Shown: positions 7,471-17,811 of the stretch, in pieces
How the letters are laid out: each line of letters opens with the position of its first letter
How positions within the stretch are numbered: the first letter of the stretch is position 1
Virus record (IMG/VR): IMGVR_UViG_2547132278_000023
DNA length: 29,051 nt
Strand: one strand, 5' to 3'
Origin: a virus
Taxonomy: Duplodnaviria > Heunggongvirae > Uroviricota > Caudoviricetes
Translations under genes and position numbers: made by a program
Notes under the pieces: generated by a model
Seen by the model: only the letters and a program-made list of their open reading frames with translations
Told to the model about the DNA's origin: nothing
Database searches by the model: none

Positions 7471-10400
7471 TTAAATGAGCCGGTTACTGCCTGCGGTGGC
7501 TTTCTTCATCACCACAACCAGCAAATCGCTGATACTTGCTGTGGGATACCAGTCATTTACCAACCATGCTGACACCGAAAACTCCAGTGTCATGTGACCG
7601 TGACCGGCAGGCATATCAATAACACCACTGTAAATCAGCGTATTATCCAGCGCGGTACGGTTATAAATTTCAGCACCGTTTTTCCGTACTATCAGACGGC
7701 ATGAGGAGTAAATATCAGTATGCTCTTTCTCATGTTTAGCGCCGCTGAATGCCACCGCCGGAATAACAATCTGCCGGTCAAACGGCTGATCGTCATAAAC
7801 CCTGACGGTAATGGTTCCTGATGGCCACCGCTCCGGTGCACGGGAGTCCCGGGGGAAAGCTTTGCCCACTGTTTTAACGAGATCGCCTTCAATCTGGTTC
7901 GCGGACAGTTTTCCCAGAACCCGACAGTTCTCGTTAATCGTGACGTTGTTGAGCGTCCCGGAGTTCGCATTCACGTTACCGCTGATATCGGCATTTTTCG
8001 CCGTCAGCCGCCCGTCCGGTGTCAGGGAAAATGCCGGAGGATTACCGCCGCTGGTAATGGTCGGAGCCGTCAGGCGTTTCAGGAACACGTCGTTCATGAA
8101 TATCTGATCGCCCTGACCAACAAACATTGGTCTTGTGTTGCCATTAGACGGATCAATAAACGCGATACGGTTAGCGGCAACCAGGAACTGGCTCAGCTTG
8201 CCTTCTTCCGTGTCCTCCATGCTGAGGCCAATACCCGCGACATAATGTTTGCCGTCTTTGGTCTGCTCAATTTTGACAGCCCACATGGCATTCCACTTAT
8301 CGTTGGCGTCCTTCCACTCTTTCGAAAACTCCTCCAGTCTGCTGGCGTTATCCTCCGTCAGCTCGACTTTTTCCAGCAGCTCCTTGCCGAGATGGGATTC
8401 GGTTATCTTGCCTTTGAAAAAATCCAGGTAACCTTCCGCATCATCGCTCGCCCGACCGACGGCCTCCACGAATGCCGATTTGCCAACGGTGTTCACACTG
8501 CGGATATAAAAGTAATAATCATGGCCCGGTTTGATATTGATACTGGCGGCTATCCAGTACAGCCCCGTGCCAAGGTAGCGGGCTGTGGTTTCAACCTGCC
8601 TGATATCGGTAATCCGCGTTTCCGAGAACCAGAACTCAAACTGCACCGTCGGGTCATATACAGCCAGTTTCGGGACCGCCGTTATCTGAAAATAGCCCGG
8701 TGTCAGCTCAATCCGCGACGGCGCTGCCGGTGCGGCAATCCGGAACGATACCGACGCCGGATCGCCCTGCTGCCCCCACGCATTTACTGCCCGGACTGTC
8801 AGCCTGTAGTTCCCCAGCGCCAGTTGTGTGAAGCGGTAAGTGGTTTCCGTCGTCCGGGCCGTGCTGACCAGCCGCTCACTGCCGTCATCCGCTGCCACGG
8901 TCAGGCGAAGCATAAAGCTCACCCCCTTCACCACCTTCGGCGTGTCCCAGCGCGCCAGCACCTGATATTCCCCGCTGTCTGCGGTGACTTCGGCAGTCAG
9001 GTGCTGCACCGCGGGCGGCGTGACACCATTCACCGTGCCGCTCTGGTCGCCGTCAAAGTGCGCCCCGTTATCCACGATGGCTTCTTTTTCCGGTACATGC
9101 TGCACGGCGGTGATGGCATACGTGCCGTCGTCGTTCTCACGGATACTCACGCAGCGGAACAGGCGCTGGCGCAGCGTCGGCAGCTTCAGCCCCCATACGC
9201 TGTATTCAGCAACGCCGTCAGGAACACGGCTCACTTTCACCTTCACGCCGTCGGTGACGGACTGAACCTCCACGCTGACCGGATTACCACTTCCGTCAAC
9301 CAGGCTTATCAGCGTGGTACCGGAGGATGGCAGCGTGATTTCACGGTCGAGCGTCAGCGTCCGGGTCTGGCTGTTCACCGCCAGCACGCGACCACCGGTG
9401 CTGATACCGGCATAGTCATCATCGCAGATTTCAATGACATCGCCCGGTACATGGCGAAGCCCTTCAGCACCCACGCTGAAATCCACGGTCTGCGTCTCCA
9501 GCAGTTCCGTTTTAATCAGCCACAGCCCGGCGCGGTGTGCCTGCCCCCGGCTGGTACAGCCAAAGGCATCCATCTTCGTGACGTTACGACCGTAACGGGC
9601 AATGGCCTGCGTATCTTCAACAAGCTCTGTCGCCGTCTCCCAGCCGTTATCCGGGTCAATCCAGTTCACCTCAACGGCATTATGGCGGTCTTTCAGGGCG
9701 CTGAAACTGTAGCGGAACGGCGCGCCATCATCCGGCATCACCACATTACTGCGGTTATAGGCCCACACCTTATCCGACGGTCGGTCCTGCACGAACGTCA
9801 GCGTCTGCCCGTTCCATACCGGCATACAGCGCATCGCCGAGCAGAAATCACTGAGCACATCCCACGCTTTGCGCTGTGTGGTCAGGTACGCATTACAGGT
9901 GATGCGCGGCTCCGTGCCGCCAAAGCCGTCCGGCACTGACTGGTCGCAGTACTGGCCGATGACATACAGCGCCCATTTGTCCACATCCGCCGCACCAAGA
10001 CGTTTCCCCATGCCGTAGCGTGGATGGGTCAGCATATCCCACAGACACCAGGCCATGTTATTGCTGTATGCTGGCTTAAACGTTCCGTCCCAGATACCGC
10101 TGTATTGCCGAGTCTGCGGGTTATAGTTCGACGGCACCTGCAGAATACGCCCGCGCAGATGATAATTACGGCTCACCTGCTGGCTGCCGAACTGCTCCGA
10201 ATCCACCTGTACGCCGACCAGTGCCGTGTTCGGGTAGCACTGTTTCACATCGATGATTTCGGTGTATGACGACCAGAGCGTTTTGTTCTGCAGCTGGTCT
10301 GTGGTGCTGTCCGGCGTCATTCTGCGCATCCGGATATTAAACGGGCGCGGCGGCAGGTTATCCACCACCACCGAGGCCAGATACTGCGAGGTGGTTTTGC

Positions 10401-10869
10401 CCTTAATGGTGATGTCTTTTTCCGTCACCCAGCCACCATTACGCTGTATCTGAACCAGCAGGCGAACTTCCGACGGATTCCGGTCCCCCTTTGAGGTGGT
10501 TTCCACCAGTGCCTGCACACCGAAGGTAAAGCGCAGACGGTCGATGTTTGCCGACGTGATGGTCCGGGTAATCGGCGTGTCGTATTTCACTTCCGTACCC
10601 AGTACCGTCTCGGAACCTGATGATTCAAATCCCTCCGGCGGTGTCTGTTCCTGCTCACCTGCCCGGAACACCACCGTGACACCAGAGATGTTAGTATTCC
10701 CCTCACTGTCCAGCACCGGTGTACTGTTCAGCAGCACGCTTTTTAATCCATCCACCGGACCTTCAACCGGCCCTTCGCTGATGGCATCGATCACACTCAG
10801 CAACTGCGTGGACTTCAGGTTGTCCTTTGCTTCGCGCGGGGTATGCCCCTTACTGCTGCCTTTACCCAT
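7471..10869 (-). CDS. J: Tail tip host-specificity protein J (central tail fiber); last 5 codons and stop come from the IS66 end
   Basis: 1132 aa, same length as lambda J, co-linear with the lambda order I-J-lom. The ORF runs 17 nt into the IS, giving ...[11 protein letters not shown] instead of the reconstructed ...KKATAGISIS*. Confidence 0.9.
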   Translation of the reverse strand: MGKGSSKGHTPREAKDNLKSTQLLSVIDAISEGPVEGPVDGLKSVLLNSTPVLDSEGNTNISGVTVVFRAGEQEQTPPEGFESSGSETVLGTEVKYDTPITRTITSANIDRLRFTFGVQALVETTSKGDRNPSEVRLLVQIQRNGGWVTEKDITIKGKTTSQYLASVVVDNLPPRPFNIRMRRMTPDSTTDQLQNKTLWSSYTEIIDVKQCYPNTALVGVQVDSEQFGSQQVSRNYHLRGRILQVPSNYNPQTRQYSGIWDGTFKPAYSNNMAWCLWDMLTHPRYGMGKRLGAADVDKWALYVIGQYCDQSVPDGFGGTEPRITCNAYLTTQRKAWDVLSDFCSAMRCMPVWNGQTLTFVQDRPSDKVWAYNRSNVVMPDDGAPFRYSFSALKDRHNAVEVNWIDPDNGWETATELVEDTQAIARYGRNVTKMDAFGCTSRGQAHRAGLWLIKTELLETQTVDFSVGAEGLRHVPGDVIEICDDDYAGISTGGRVLAVNSQTRTLTLDREITLPSSGTTLISLVDGSGNPVSVEVQSVTDGVKVKVSRVPDGVAEYSVWGLKLPTLRQRLFRCVSIRENDDGTYAITAVQHVPEKEAIVDNGAHFDGDQSGTVNGVTPPAVQHLTAEVTADSGEYQVLARWDTPKVVKGVSFMLRLTVAADDGSERLVSTARTTETTYRFTQLALGNYRLTVRAVNAWGQQGDPASVSFRIAAPAAPSRIELTPGYFQITAVPKLAVYDPTVQFEFWFSETRITDIRQVETTARYLGTGLYWIAASINIKPGHDYYFYIRSVNTVGKSAFVEAVGRASDDAEGYLDFFKGKITESHLGKELLEKVELTEDNASRLEEFSKEWKDANDKWNAMWAVKIEQTKDGKHYVAGIGLSMEDTEEGKLSQFLVAANRIAFIDPSNGNTRPMFVGQGDQIFMNDVFLKRLTAPTITSGGNPPAFSLTPDGRLTAKNADISGNVNANSGTLNNVTINENCRVLGKLSANQIEGDLVKTVGKAFPRDSRAPERWPSGTITVRVYDDQPFDRQIVIPAVAFSGAKHEKEHTDIYSSCRLIVRKNGAEIYNRTALDNTLIYSGVIDMPAGHGHMTLEFSVSAWLVNDWYPTASISDLLVVVMKKATAGSNRLI
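7488..7495. repeat. 8-bp target site duplication (TGCCTGCG), right copy
   Basis: Same octamer as 4781-4788, abutting the right IS66 terminus. Confidence 0.6.
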
Positions 10870-10890
10870 TCCTCACGCTCCATAAACGAC

Positions 10891-10912
10891 AAAACCGCCC
10901 GGAGGCGGTTTC
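10891..10912 (-). promoter_or_regulatory. Stem-loop in the I-J intergenic region
   Basis: accgcc-cgga-ggcggt hairpin flanked by A/T runs, followed on the minus strand by the RBS gaggaa and the J ATG. Confidence 0.3.
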
Positions 10913-10929
10913 ACATAAAACATTTTGCA

Positions 10930-11571
10930 TCAGCGACCAATCACCACAACCTGACCACCATCCCCTTCGTCTGCCGTGCTGATCTCCTGAGAAACCACAC
11001 GTGACCCCACGCGCATTTCACCGTACAGAACAGGCAGAACATTGCCCTGGGCAACCATGTTATCCAGTGAGGAGAAATAGGTGTTCTGTTTGCCGTTATC
11101 CGTTGTCTGTGTACGGGGAGTTCTGGCTTTCGGTGCCAGCATCTGCGCCACACCACCGAGCACCATACTGGCACCGAGAGAAAACAGCAGATTACTCGCC
11201 ATAATTCCTACCCCCGGCATCCATATAGCAACCGCCATAACAGCCGCCCCCAGCACAGCCTGAAACACACCGCCACTTTTGGCTCCTGCCAGACGCGGCA
11301 CGATATGGATCACGGCACCATTTTCCAGCGGCTCATTAAGACGGGCAGACAATTCGGTTTCACCTGCATCACGCCCGGCAATGCGTACCTGATACCAGCC
11401 GTCGCTCAGCTTCTGACGAAACGCCGGGATCTGCATGGCCAGCGCCCGGATGGCTTCGGCCCCCGTTTTCACACGAAGGTCGATGCGGCGGCCAAATCGT
11501 TGCAAATCCCCGTAAAGGCAGATGCGTGCCATTCCCGGTGACGCCAGAGGGAGTGTGTGCGTCGCTGCCAT
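10930..11571 (-). CDS. I: Tail tip assembly protein I
   Basis: 213 aa; MAATHTLPLASPGMARICLYGDLQRFGRRIDLRVKTG... and C-terminus ...EISTADEGDGGQVVVIGR match lambda I as recalled. Overlaps K by 103 nt, as in lambda. Confidence 0.9.
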   Translation of the reverse strand: MAATHTLPLASPGMARICLYGDLQRFGRRIDLRVKTGAEAIRALAMQIPAFRQKLSDGWYQVRIAGRDAGETELSARLNEPLENGAVIHIVPRLAGAKSGGVFQAVLGAAVMAVAIWMPGVGIMASNLLFSLGASMVLGGVAQMLAPKARTPRTQTTDNGKQNTYFSSLDNMVAQGNVLPVLYGEMRVGSRVVSQEISTADEGDGGQVVVIGR

Positions 11572-12212
11572 TTGTCGGTATACCTCTCTCGTTTACTCAG
11601 TTGTTCAGGAATATGGTGCAGCAGCTCACCGTCGCCGCAGTAAATGGCGGCATGATTCGGCACCGATGAACCAAAGCAGCACAGCAGCACATCGCCAGGC
11701 TGCGCCTCTGTCAGTGGGACACGGTAAAAACCAGTCGCCTCCATATTGTCAAGATAGAGATTCTGACCGTGACGCCACCAGTCATCCCCGCGATAAAAAT
11801 CCGGCATCTCAATCCCCGCCAGATGATAAGCATCCCGGAACAGTGTGTAACAGTCCGTCACACCGTGCTCAAAGCGCCGCCCGGTGAGATGCGGCACACA
11901 GCGGAACTTATGAATCGTCCCCCGGCAGACCAGCCACCACGGCAAATCACTCTGCACCTGCAGCCGCCGGTCGGCCTCACTCAGCCAGGGCAGACCACCG
12001 GGGTGGCTGTGGACCAGCGCCACAATCTCACCCTGCATTTCTGCCTGCAGCCAGTCTTCCGGCGACATACGGAAATACGCCTCCGGCTCACCGGAGATAT
12101 TCGCGCAGGGGAAATATCTTTCCCCCTCCGGCGTTCTCACCACGAAGCCGCACGACTCCGCTGGCGCACATCGCCGGGCGTGCGCCAGAATCGCTGATTC
12201 TGTCTGTGTCAT
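11469..12212 (-). CDS. K: Tail tip assembly protein K (JAB/MPN-like HSHPGG motif in the N-terminal part, NlpC/P60-like C-terminal part)
   Basis: 247-aa ORF starting 5 nt after the L stop. The classical 199-aa lambda K would start at internal Met49 (MSPEDW...). The JAMM-type motif HSHPGGLPWLSEAD sits at residues 68-81, just downstream of that Met. Confidence 0.85.
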   Translation of the reverse strand: MTQTESAILAHARRCAPAESCGFVVRTPEGERYFPCANISGEPEAYFRMSPEDWLQAEMQGEIVALVHSHPGGLPWLSEADRRLQVQSDLPWWLVCRGTIHKFRCVPHLTGRRFEHGVTDCYTLFRDAYHLAGIEMPDFYRGDDWWRHGQNLYLDNMEATGFYRVPLTEAQPGDVLLCCFGSSVPNHAAIYCGDGELLHHIPEQLSKRERYTDKWQRRTHSLWRHREWHASAFTGICNDLAAASTFV

Positions 12213-12217
12213 GGGAT

Positions 12218-12916
12218 TTACTGCGAAAGTTTGTTAATGGAAAGGAAGCCGCCAAAGTTGCCGACGTTATTGCGGAACTTACAACCGCTCAGGCATTTGC
12301 TGCATTTATCCTTCGTGATATCGGACGTTGGCTGGTCATATTCATCCGCGACAGCCGGACCGCTATAACCGCACTCGTCACCGCGATAGGTCCAGGTGCA
12401 GGTGTTGGCCAGCATGATACGTCCCGGAAAAACAGCGCCATCCGTTTCCGTCGGCGTGGACAGTACAAAGGAGGCACTCACCGCGCTCAGTTCGCTGCAC
12501 TGCTCAATGCGCCAGCGGCTGATCACCTCCTGCTCCGGATCGGCATAACTGTTTCCGTTGACGAAGTTCACCGCATCCAGAAAACGGGCGTAAACCTTAC
12601 GCCGGACCACCGTTCCGCCGACCAGACTCTGCATATCTTCCGCCATCCCGGTGACCATACCGTACAGGTTAGAAACCGTCAGCGTGGGGCGCGTACTGGT
12701 GCCTTTGCCATTCAGTTCAAAACCGCTCCCCTGAATGGGATACGGCTGATACTGTCGCCCCTGCCAGGTGACCGGCTCACCTTTTTCGTTCTGCTCATTA
12801 CAGAAAAAATAACGTTCTCCACCGACCTCTGTCAGGTCGATTTCCCAGAGCACCACGCTGGCCGACTGCTCCGCACGGGTGCATTCATTCAGTGTTTCCT
12901 GCCGGATATCCTGCAT
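12218..12916 (-). CDS. L: Tail tip protein L
   Basis: 232 aa, same length and sequence character as lambda L, with Cys-rich C-terminus. Confidence 0.9.
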   Translation of the reverse strand: MQDIRQETLNECTRAEQSASVVLWEIDLTEVGGERYFFCNEQNEKGEPVTWQGRQYQPYPIQGSGFELNGKGTSTRPTLTVSNLYGMVTGMAEDMQSLVGGTVVRRKVYARFLDAVNFVNGNSYADPEQEVISRWRIEQCSELSAVSASFVLSTPTETDGAVFPGRIMLANTCTWTYRGDECGYSGPAVADEYDQPTSDITKDKCSKCLSGCKFRNNVGNFGGFLSINKLSQ

Positions 12917-13245
12917 CAGTTCACCACCTGTTCAAACTCTGCGCTGAACTCAACACGCAGCATACTGACCCGCGACGACCATTTTGCGCAGGTCACCTTT
13001 ATCTGCCGCCACTCATAAGGCGGCGTCCACAGAAAGGATTTCCAGCCCCCGTACTCTTCCAGAAACGACTCCAGTACCGTGGCCTCCTCACGGGGGACAG
13101 AAAGCGTCACGCTGTACGTTTTCAGGTTGGCATTCAGCCCGGCAGGCGCTCGCTGAGAATAGCCATCACCAAAGCGCACCTTTCTTACAGAAGGGACCGA
13201 AGCCACATCCATACCGGGTTTCACTTTCCAGCGGAAGGTCTTCAT
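12916..13245 (-). CDS. M: Tail tip protein M
   Basis: 109 aa, lambda M length, in lambda order between H and L. Start overlaps the H stop. Confidence 0.9.
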   Translation of the reverse strand: MKTFRWKVKPGMDVASVPSVRKVRFGDGYSQRAPAGLNANLKTYSVTLSVPREEATVLESFLEEYGGWKSFLWTPPYEWRQIKVTCAKWSSRVSMLRVEFSAEFEQVVN

Positions 13246-15821
13246 CGTCCACCTCCGGAGAACAGGCCACCATCACGCATCTGTGTCTGAATTTCATCAC
13301 GGGCACCCTTGCGGGCCATGTCATACACCGCCTTCAGAGCAGCCGGACCTATCTGCCCGTTCGTGCCGTCGTTGTTAATCACCACATGGTTATTCTGCTC
13401 AAACGTCCCGGACGCCTGCGACCGGCTGTCTGCCATGCCGCCCGGTGTACCGACATAACCGCCGGTGGCATAGCCGCGCATCAGCCGGTAAAGATTCCCC
13501 ACGCCAATCCGGCTGGTTGCCTCCTTCGTGAAGACAAACTCACCACGGTGAACAATCCCCGCTGGCTCATATTTGCCGCCGGTTCCCGTAAATCCTCCGG
13601 TTGCAAAATGGAATTTCGCCGCAGCGGCCTGAATGGCTGTACCGCCTGACGCGGATGCGCCGCCACCAACAGCTCCGCCAATGGCGCTGCCGATACTCCC
13701 GACAATCCCCACCATTGCCTGCTTAAGCAGAATTTCTGTCATCATGGACAGCACGGAACGGGTGAAGCTGCGCCAGTTCTGCTCACTGCCGGTCAGCATC
13801 GCCGCCATATTCTGTGCAATACCATCAAAGGTCTGCGTGGCTGCACTTTTTACCTGCGACATACTGTCCGTGGCGCTCTCTTCCCACTCACTCCAGCCGG
13901 ACTTCAGGCCTGCCATCCAGTTCCCGCGAAGCTGGTCTTCAGCCGCCCAGGTCTTTTTCTGCTCTGACATGACGTTATTCAGCGCCAGCGGATTATCGCC
14001 ATACTGTTCCTTCAGGCGCTGTTCCGTGGCTTCCCGTTCTGCCTGCCGGTCAGTCAGCCCCCGGCTTTTCGCATCAATGGCGGCCCGTTTTGCCCGTTGC
14101 TGCTGTGCGAATTTATCCGCCTGCTGCGCCAGCGCGTTCAGGCGCTCCTGATACGTAACCTTGTCGCCAAGTGCAGCCAGCTGGCGTTTGTACTCCAGCG
14201 TCTCATCTTTATGCGCCAGCAGGGATTTCTCCTGTGCAGACAGCTGGCGACGTTGCGCCGCCTCCTCCAGTACCGCGAACTGACTCTCCGCCTTCCACAA
14301 ATCCCGGCGCTGCTGGCTGATTTTCTCATTTGCTCCGGCATGCTTCTCCAGCGTCCGGAGTTCTGCCTGAAGCGTCAGCAGGGCAGCATGAGCACTGTCT
14401 TCCTGACGATCGCCCGCAGACACCTTCACGCCGGACTGTTTCGGCTTTTTCAGCGTCGCTTCATAATCCTTTTTCGCCGCCGCCATCAGCGTGTTGTAAT
14501 CCGCCTGCAGGATTTTCCCGTCTTTCAGTGCCTTGTTCAGTTCTTCCTGACGGGCGGTATATTTCTCCAGCGGCGTCTGCAGCCGTTCGTAAGCCTTCTG
14601 CGCCTCTTCGGTATATTTCAGCCGTGATGCCTCAGACTCGGCCCAGTCCTTTGCTGCCATCTCTCTGGCCTTTTCAAGATCGGCCTGCAACGTGGCGGCT
14701 GAAAGTCCAAGTTGCGCATTCGCTCTGTCCTCCCATGCTCCCCGGAGATTGGCACGAAATGCTGAGGTTTTACCGCGCCGGTGGCTCCGGCTCTGATACC
14801 ACTGCCATTTTTTGTCCGCCTCATCAAAAGCCTTTTCTGCTTTCTCCAGCATTCCCTGGGCAGTGTCCGGGCGACCAATATCCAGCACCGAATCCCACAT
14901 GGATTTGAATGCCCGTGCTGTCCTGTCTGCCCAGGTCTCCAGCGTGCCCATGTTCTCTTTCAGGCGGCGGGTCTGGTCATCAAACCCTTTCGTTGCGGCC
15001 TCGTTCGCCGCCTGCAATGCCCCGGCTTCATCTCCGGAACGCTGCAACTGAGCAACATACGCAATCTGCTCCGCCGTCACGTTATGGAACTGACGTGCCA
15101 TCGCTGTCAGTCCCGACGTCGGGTCTGTGGTCAGCTTCCCGAAGGCTTCAGCGACCTTGTCCACCTCCACGCCGGATGCAGAGGAGAAACGCGCCACACT
15201 CTGGCTGATCGCCTCAAACTGCTCACCACCACGCACACCGGCATTCACCAGCGCCGTCAGTGACTCGCTGGTCTGGTTAAACGTCAGCCCTGCCGCCTGC
15301 CCGGCTCTGGACAGGACCAGCATACGATCTGCCGTCAGTCCCGCCTGATTGCCGGAAAGGACCAGCGTTTTGTTGAAATCGGACAGGGTTGAGTTGCCCT
15401 GATACCAGGCATACGCCAGCGCACCGGTCGCCACCGCCAGCGAGGTGGCCCCCACCATCGGCAGGGTGATCGCACCGGCAAGCCCCCTGAACATGGGGAT
15501 CATCCCGCCGAAGGAGTCCTTAACCTGACCCCCCTGTTGCAGCAGGATCAGCCACGGACTTTGCCCGCCTGCAAGCTGCGTGGCCACGTCGGTGAACTGT
15601 GCAGGCAGCATACGCATGGCGGCTTTATACTGTCCGACGGAAATCCCCGCTTTCTGTGCAGCCAGCGCCTGCCGGTTCATTGACTGTTCAACGACTGCCG
15701 CTGTTTTTTTCGCATCACTTTCCGTATCGGAAAAATGACGCCTGACTCTGGCCATCTGCTCGTCAAATCTGGCCGCATCCAGACTCAAATCAACGACCAG
15801 ATCGCCTACCGGTTCAGCCAT
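13242..15821 (-). CDS. H: Tail tape measure protein H
   Basis: 859 aa, long coiled-coil-rich protein with Gly-rich C-terminal region, in lambda position. Lambda H is 853 aa. Confidence 0.9.
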   Translation of the reverse strand: MAEPVGDLVVDLSLDAARFDEQMARVRRHFSDTESDAKKTAAVVEQSMNRQALAAQKAGISVGQYKAAMRMLPAQFTDVATQLAGGQSPWLILLQQGGQVKDSFGGMIPMFRGLAGAITLPMVGATSLAVATGALAYAWYQGNSTLSDFNKTLVLSGNQAGLTADRMLVLSRAGQAAGLTFNQTSESLTALVNAGVRGGEQFEAISQSVARFSSASGVEVDKVAEAFGKLTTDPTSGLTAMARQFHNVTAEQIAYVAQLQRSGDEAGALQAANEAATKGFDDQTRRLKENMGTLETWADRTARAFKSMWDSVLDIGRPDTAQGMLEKAEKAFDEADKKWQWYQSRSHRRGKTSAFRANLRGAWEDRANAQLGLSAATLQADLEKAREMAAKDWAESEASRLKYTEEAQKAYERLQTPLEKYTARQEELNKALKDGKILQADYNTLMAAAKKDYEATLKKPKQSGVKVSAGDRQEDSAHAALLTLQAELRTLEKHAGANEKISQQRRDLWKAESQFAVLEEAAQRRQLSAQEKSLLAHKDETLEYKRQLAALGDKVTYQERLNALAQQADKFAQQQRAKRAAIDAKSRGLTDRQAEREATEQRLKEQYGDNPLALNNVMSEQKKTWAAEDQLRGNWMAGLKSGWSEWEESATDSMSQVKSAATQTFDGIAQNMAAMLTGSEQNWRSFTRSVLSMMTEILLKQAMVGIVGSIGSAIGGAVGGGASASGGTAIQAAAAKFHFATGGFTGTGGKYEPAGIVHRGEFVFTKEATSRIGVGNLYRLMRGYATGGYVGTPGGMADSRSQASGTFEQNNHVVINNDGTNGQIGPAALKAVYDMARKGARDEIQTQMRDGGLFSGGGR

Positions 15822-16248
15822 ACCGGACTCCTCCTGCGATCCCTTCTGATACTGTCATCAGCATTACGTCATCCTCCGTCATGTCCGCCACATCCGGGGA
15901 AGCGGGGATAACTTCATTCCCGTCCGGGCCAAAGCGGACGCCTCCGGCAAGCCCTGCCGCTTTCTGCATCAGCACATCATCTTCAGGCTCTTCGTCAGCC
16001 TCGCGCCGGTTCAGCAGACTGAAATCCAGCGGATGCATATCCGGATCGCTGAAAAACAGGCTGAGTACGGTGTACGTCAGCCCGGAAAAGTGCATATCCA
16101 GCAGAACATCATGAAAATAATGGGTACTGTAAAAGCGGTGCCAGTCGGCATACTCCGTGGATGACATCCCGGCAAGCATGGCGCGCCAGTCGGGTCGCCC
16201 CATCTCACGCGCCAGTTTCAGGGCAAAACTCAGCTCACCGTCGAACAC
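15814..16248 (-). CDS. T: T segment of tail assembly chaperone GT, expressed only as a G-T fusion by -1 ribosomal frameshift
   Basis: 144-aa ORF in the -1 frame relative to G, overlapping the G 3' end. The track's first codon is GTG, immediately after the slippery heptamer. Confidence 0.8.
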   Translation of the reverse strand: MFDGELSFALKLAREMGRPDWRAMLAGMSSTEYADWHRFYSTHYFHDVLLDMHFSGLTYTVLSLFFSDPDMHPLDFSLLNRREADEEPEDDVLMQKAAGLAGGVRFGPDGNEVIPASPDVADMTEDDVMLMTVSEGIAGGVRYG

Positions 16249-16652
16249 TTTCCCGCAGAAACAGGCTCTGCTGGCCCGGCGTCATCTGCCTGTTCAGGTG
16301 CATCATTCACAACAAACTCAGACATACCGGACAGACGCATTACCACATTTTCAGCCTGAGCAATTGCCTCTGTGGGCCAGGTGGTAAGCACTTCCTGCTC
16401 AATTTGTTTAACGGCTTCATTCATGGACGGCATCTTTGTCTTCTGCGGATGGCTATGCCACAGGGACATCGCCACCAGAAAAGCACCGGTTCTGACGAGA
16501 TCTTCCACGCTCACCTGTCGATTGAGACTGGATCCCGCCTGTTCTGCCTGTCGTTTCAGCAGGGCGAGATGCTCAATTCGCTGCAGGGCTGACAGTTCAG
16601 AAAGCGTGACGCTCACACCGTTATATTCAAATGATTCGGTTTTCAGGAACAT
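16230..16652 (-). CDS. G: Tail assembly chaperone G
   Basis: 140 aa, MFLKTESFEYNGVSVTLSELSALQRIEHLALLKRQAEQ... ends ...PVSAGKCSTVS as lambda G. Confidence 0.9.
   Translation of the reverse strand: MFLKTESFEYNGVSVTLSELSALQRIEHLALLKRQAEQAGSSLNRQVSVEDLVRTGAFLVAMSLWHSHPQKTKMPSMNEAVKQIEQEVLTTWPTEAIAQAENVVMRLSGMSEFVVNDAPEQADDAGPAEPVSAGKCSTVS
16248..16254 (-). other. Programmed -1 frameshift slippery heptamer G GGA AAG (G to GT)
   Basis: Minus-strand sequence ...gcg gga aag tgt tcg... (G frame: AGKCS) shifts to ...ggg aaa gtg ttc gac ggt gag... (T frame: GKVFDGELSFALKL). Same heptamer and position as lambda G/GT. Confidence 0.7.
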
Positions 16653-16667
16653 CGCTGACTCTCCGGA

Positions 16668-17408
16668 TTAACTGTCGGTGACGGTGATTTCTGCAACCAC
16701 AGCAAGTTCACCATTACCGGATACAACCGGAATGTTGACCTTGCCTGCAGCAACACCTTTCACGGTGATGGTCATACCACTGACCGACACGGTGACTTTT
16801 GTTTTATCCGCAGACACCGCACGGAAGCTCTTGTCGGTTGCGCCTTCCGGCTGGAATGCCACGGTCAGCGTGGTGCTCTGCCCTTTCACCACCGAAGTGC
16901 TGGCAGGCGTCACGGTCATGCCGGTTGCCGCTGTTACCGTGCTGCGATCTTCTGCCATCGACGGACGTCCCACGTTGGTGACTTTCACCGTGCGGGTGAT
17001 CACTTCCTTCGCCGTCACCGCCTTACCGATACTGCTGACCCAGCCGCGGAACACATCGACCGTGCCGTTCGGGAAGCGGATTTTATAGGCACGGGTATCC
17101 CCTTCATTAAACCACGCCAGCAGCGCCTGCTGCCCCTGCTCTCCGGGCATCCACGCCAGCGTGAAGCTGGTATCTCCGGCAGATTTCTGCCCCTGCCCGG
17201 TCGCAGTCCAGTCCGCATCTTCATCATCGAGATAGCTGTCGTCATAGGACTCAGCGGTCAGTTCGCCGGGCGTCAGGTCTTTAACTTTAGCCAGACGCGA
17301 CCAGTCAACGTCTGAAAGCGGGTTCGCATAAGGGTCACCGTTCCCCTTATAAACCCACAGTGTGGTCCCGGCCCCTTTCACCGGCATTACTGGATTTGGT
17401 ACAGGCAT
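16668..17408 (-). CDS. V: Major tail tube protein V with C-terminal Ig-like domain
   Basis: Matches lambda V from [22 protein letters not shown]... The track ORF has a 10-codon upstream extension; start set at the conserved Met. Confidence 0.9.
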   Translation of the reverse strand: MPVPNPVMPVKGAGTTLWVYKGNGDPYANPLSDVDWSRLAKVKDLTPGELTAESYDDSYLDDEDADWTATGQGQKSAGDTSFTLAWMPGEQGQQALLAWFNEGDTRAYKIRFPNGTVDVFRGWVSSIGKAVTAKEVITRTVKVTNVGRPSMAEDRSTVTAATGMTVTPASTSVVKGQSTTLTVAFQPEGATDKSFRAVSADKTKVTVSVSGMTITVKGVAAGKVNIPVVSGNGELAVVAEITVTDS

Positions 17409-17415
17409 ATCGTCC

Positions 17416-17811
17416 TCACATTTCATAGGTAATGACATAAGTCAGATCGGCTGAACTCCACAGGCCCGCATCATCGTCGCGCCGGTAGTCATAGCCACTG
17501 GCCACCATACTGGTGATCAAATCTGACAGTGCCGGGACATCGCTCATCACCGGATAAATCCGGGACTCCATCCACGAATCCAGCTCTGAATCCGGCACCT
17601 GAGCAGGCAGGAAAACTTCAATATGCAGCTCCGCCTGCCAGGTATCACTGTCCAGCTCTTCGCCCGTGTATTCAGCGCCGGTGAGATAAACGGCAATTGC
17701 CGGAAAATCCGCCTCATCAAAAACAGCGGGGCGACCATCAAAAAGCGTCGCCCCGGTGTCATGCTTCTCCAGTGCATCCAGTACGGCTGCACGGAGTTCA
17801 GTATGTTTCAT
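17416..17811 (-). CDS. U: Tail terminator protein U
   Basis: Matches lambda U from [22 protein letters not shown]... to ...LTYVITYEM. The track ORF has a 20-codon upstream extension. Confidence 0.9.
   Translation of the reverse strand: MKHTELRAAVLDALEKHDTGATLFDGRPAVFDEADFPAIAVYLTGAEYTGEELDSDTWQAELHIEVFLPAQVPDSELDSWMESRIYPVMSDVPALSDLITSMVASGYDYRRDDDAGLWSSADLTYVITYEM

Larger units (their letters stand above)
4789..7487 (-). mobile_element. IS66-family insertion sequence, 2699 bp (IS679-like size), with imperfect terminal inverted repeats starting GTAA
   Basis: Three ORFs with IS66 tnpA/tnpB/tnpC organisation. Termini gtaagcgactcgtcagaaccg and (reverse complement) gtaaccggctcatttaaaccg match at about 15 of 21 positions. 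Flanked by an 8-bp direct repeat. Confidence 0.8.

Noticed and set aside
8245-9939. 564-aa plus-strand ORF
   Set aside because: Lies entirely antisense to the well-supported J gene. Its product is Arg/Pro/His-rich low-complexity sequence typical of reverse-strand reading of a GC-rich gene, with no recognisable domain.
12206-13018. 270-aa plus-strand ORF
   Set aside because: Antisense to L and M, whose identities are well supported; no recognisable protein features.
14097-15263. Several 160-190-aa plus-strand ORFs
   Set aside because: All antisense to the tape measure gene H; low-complexity products; no start context.
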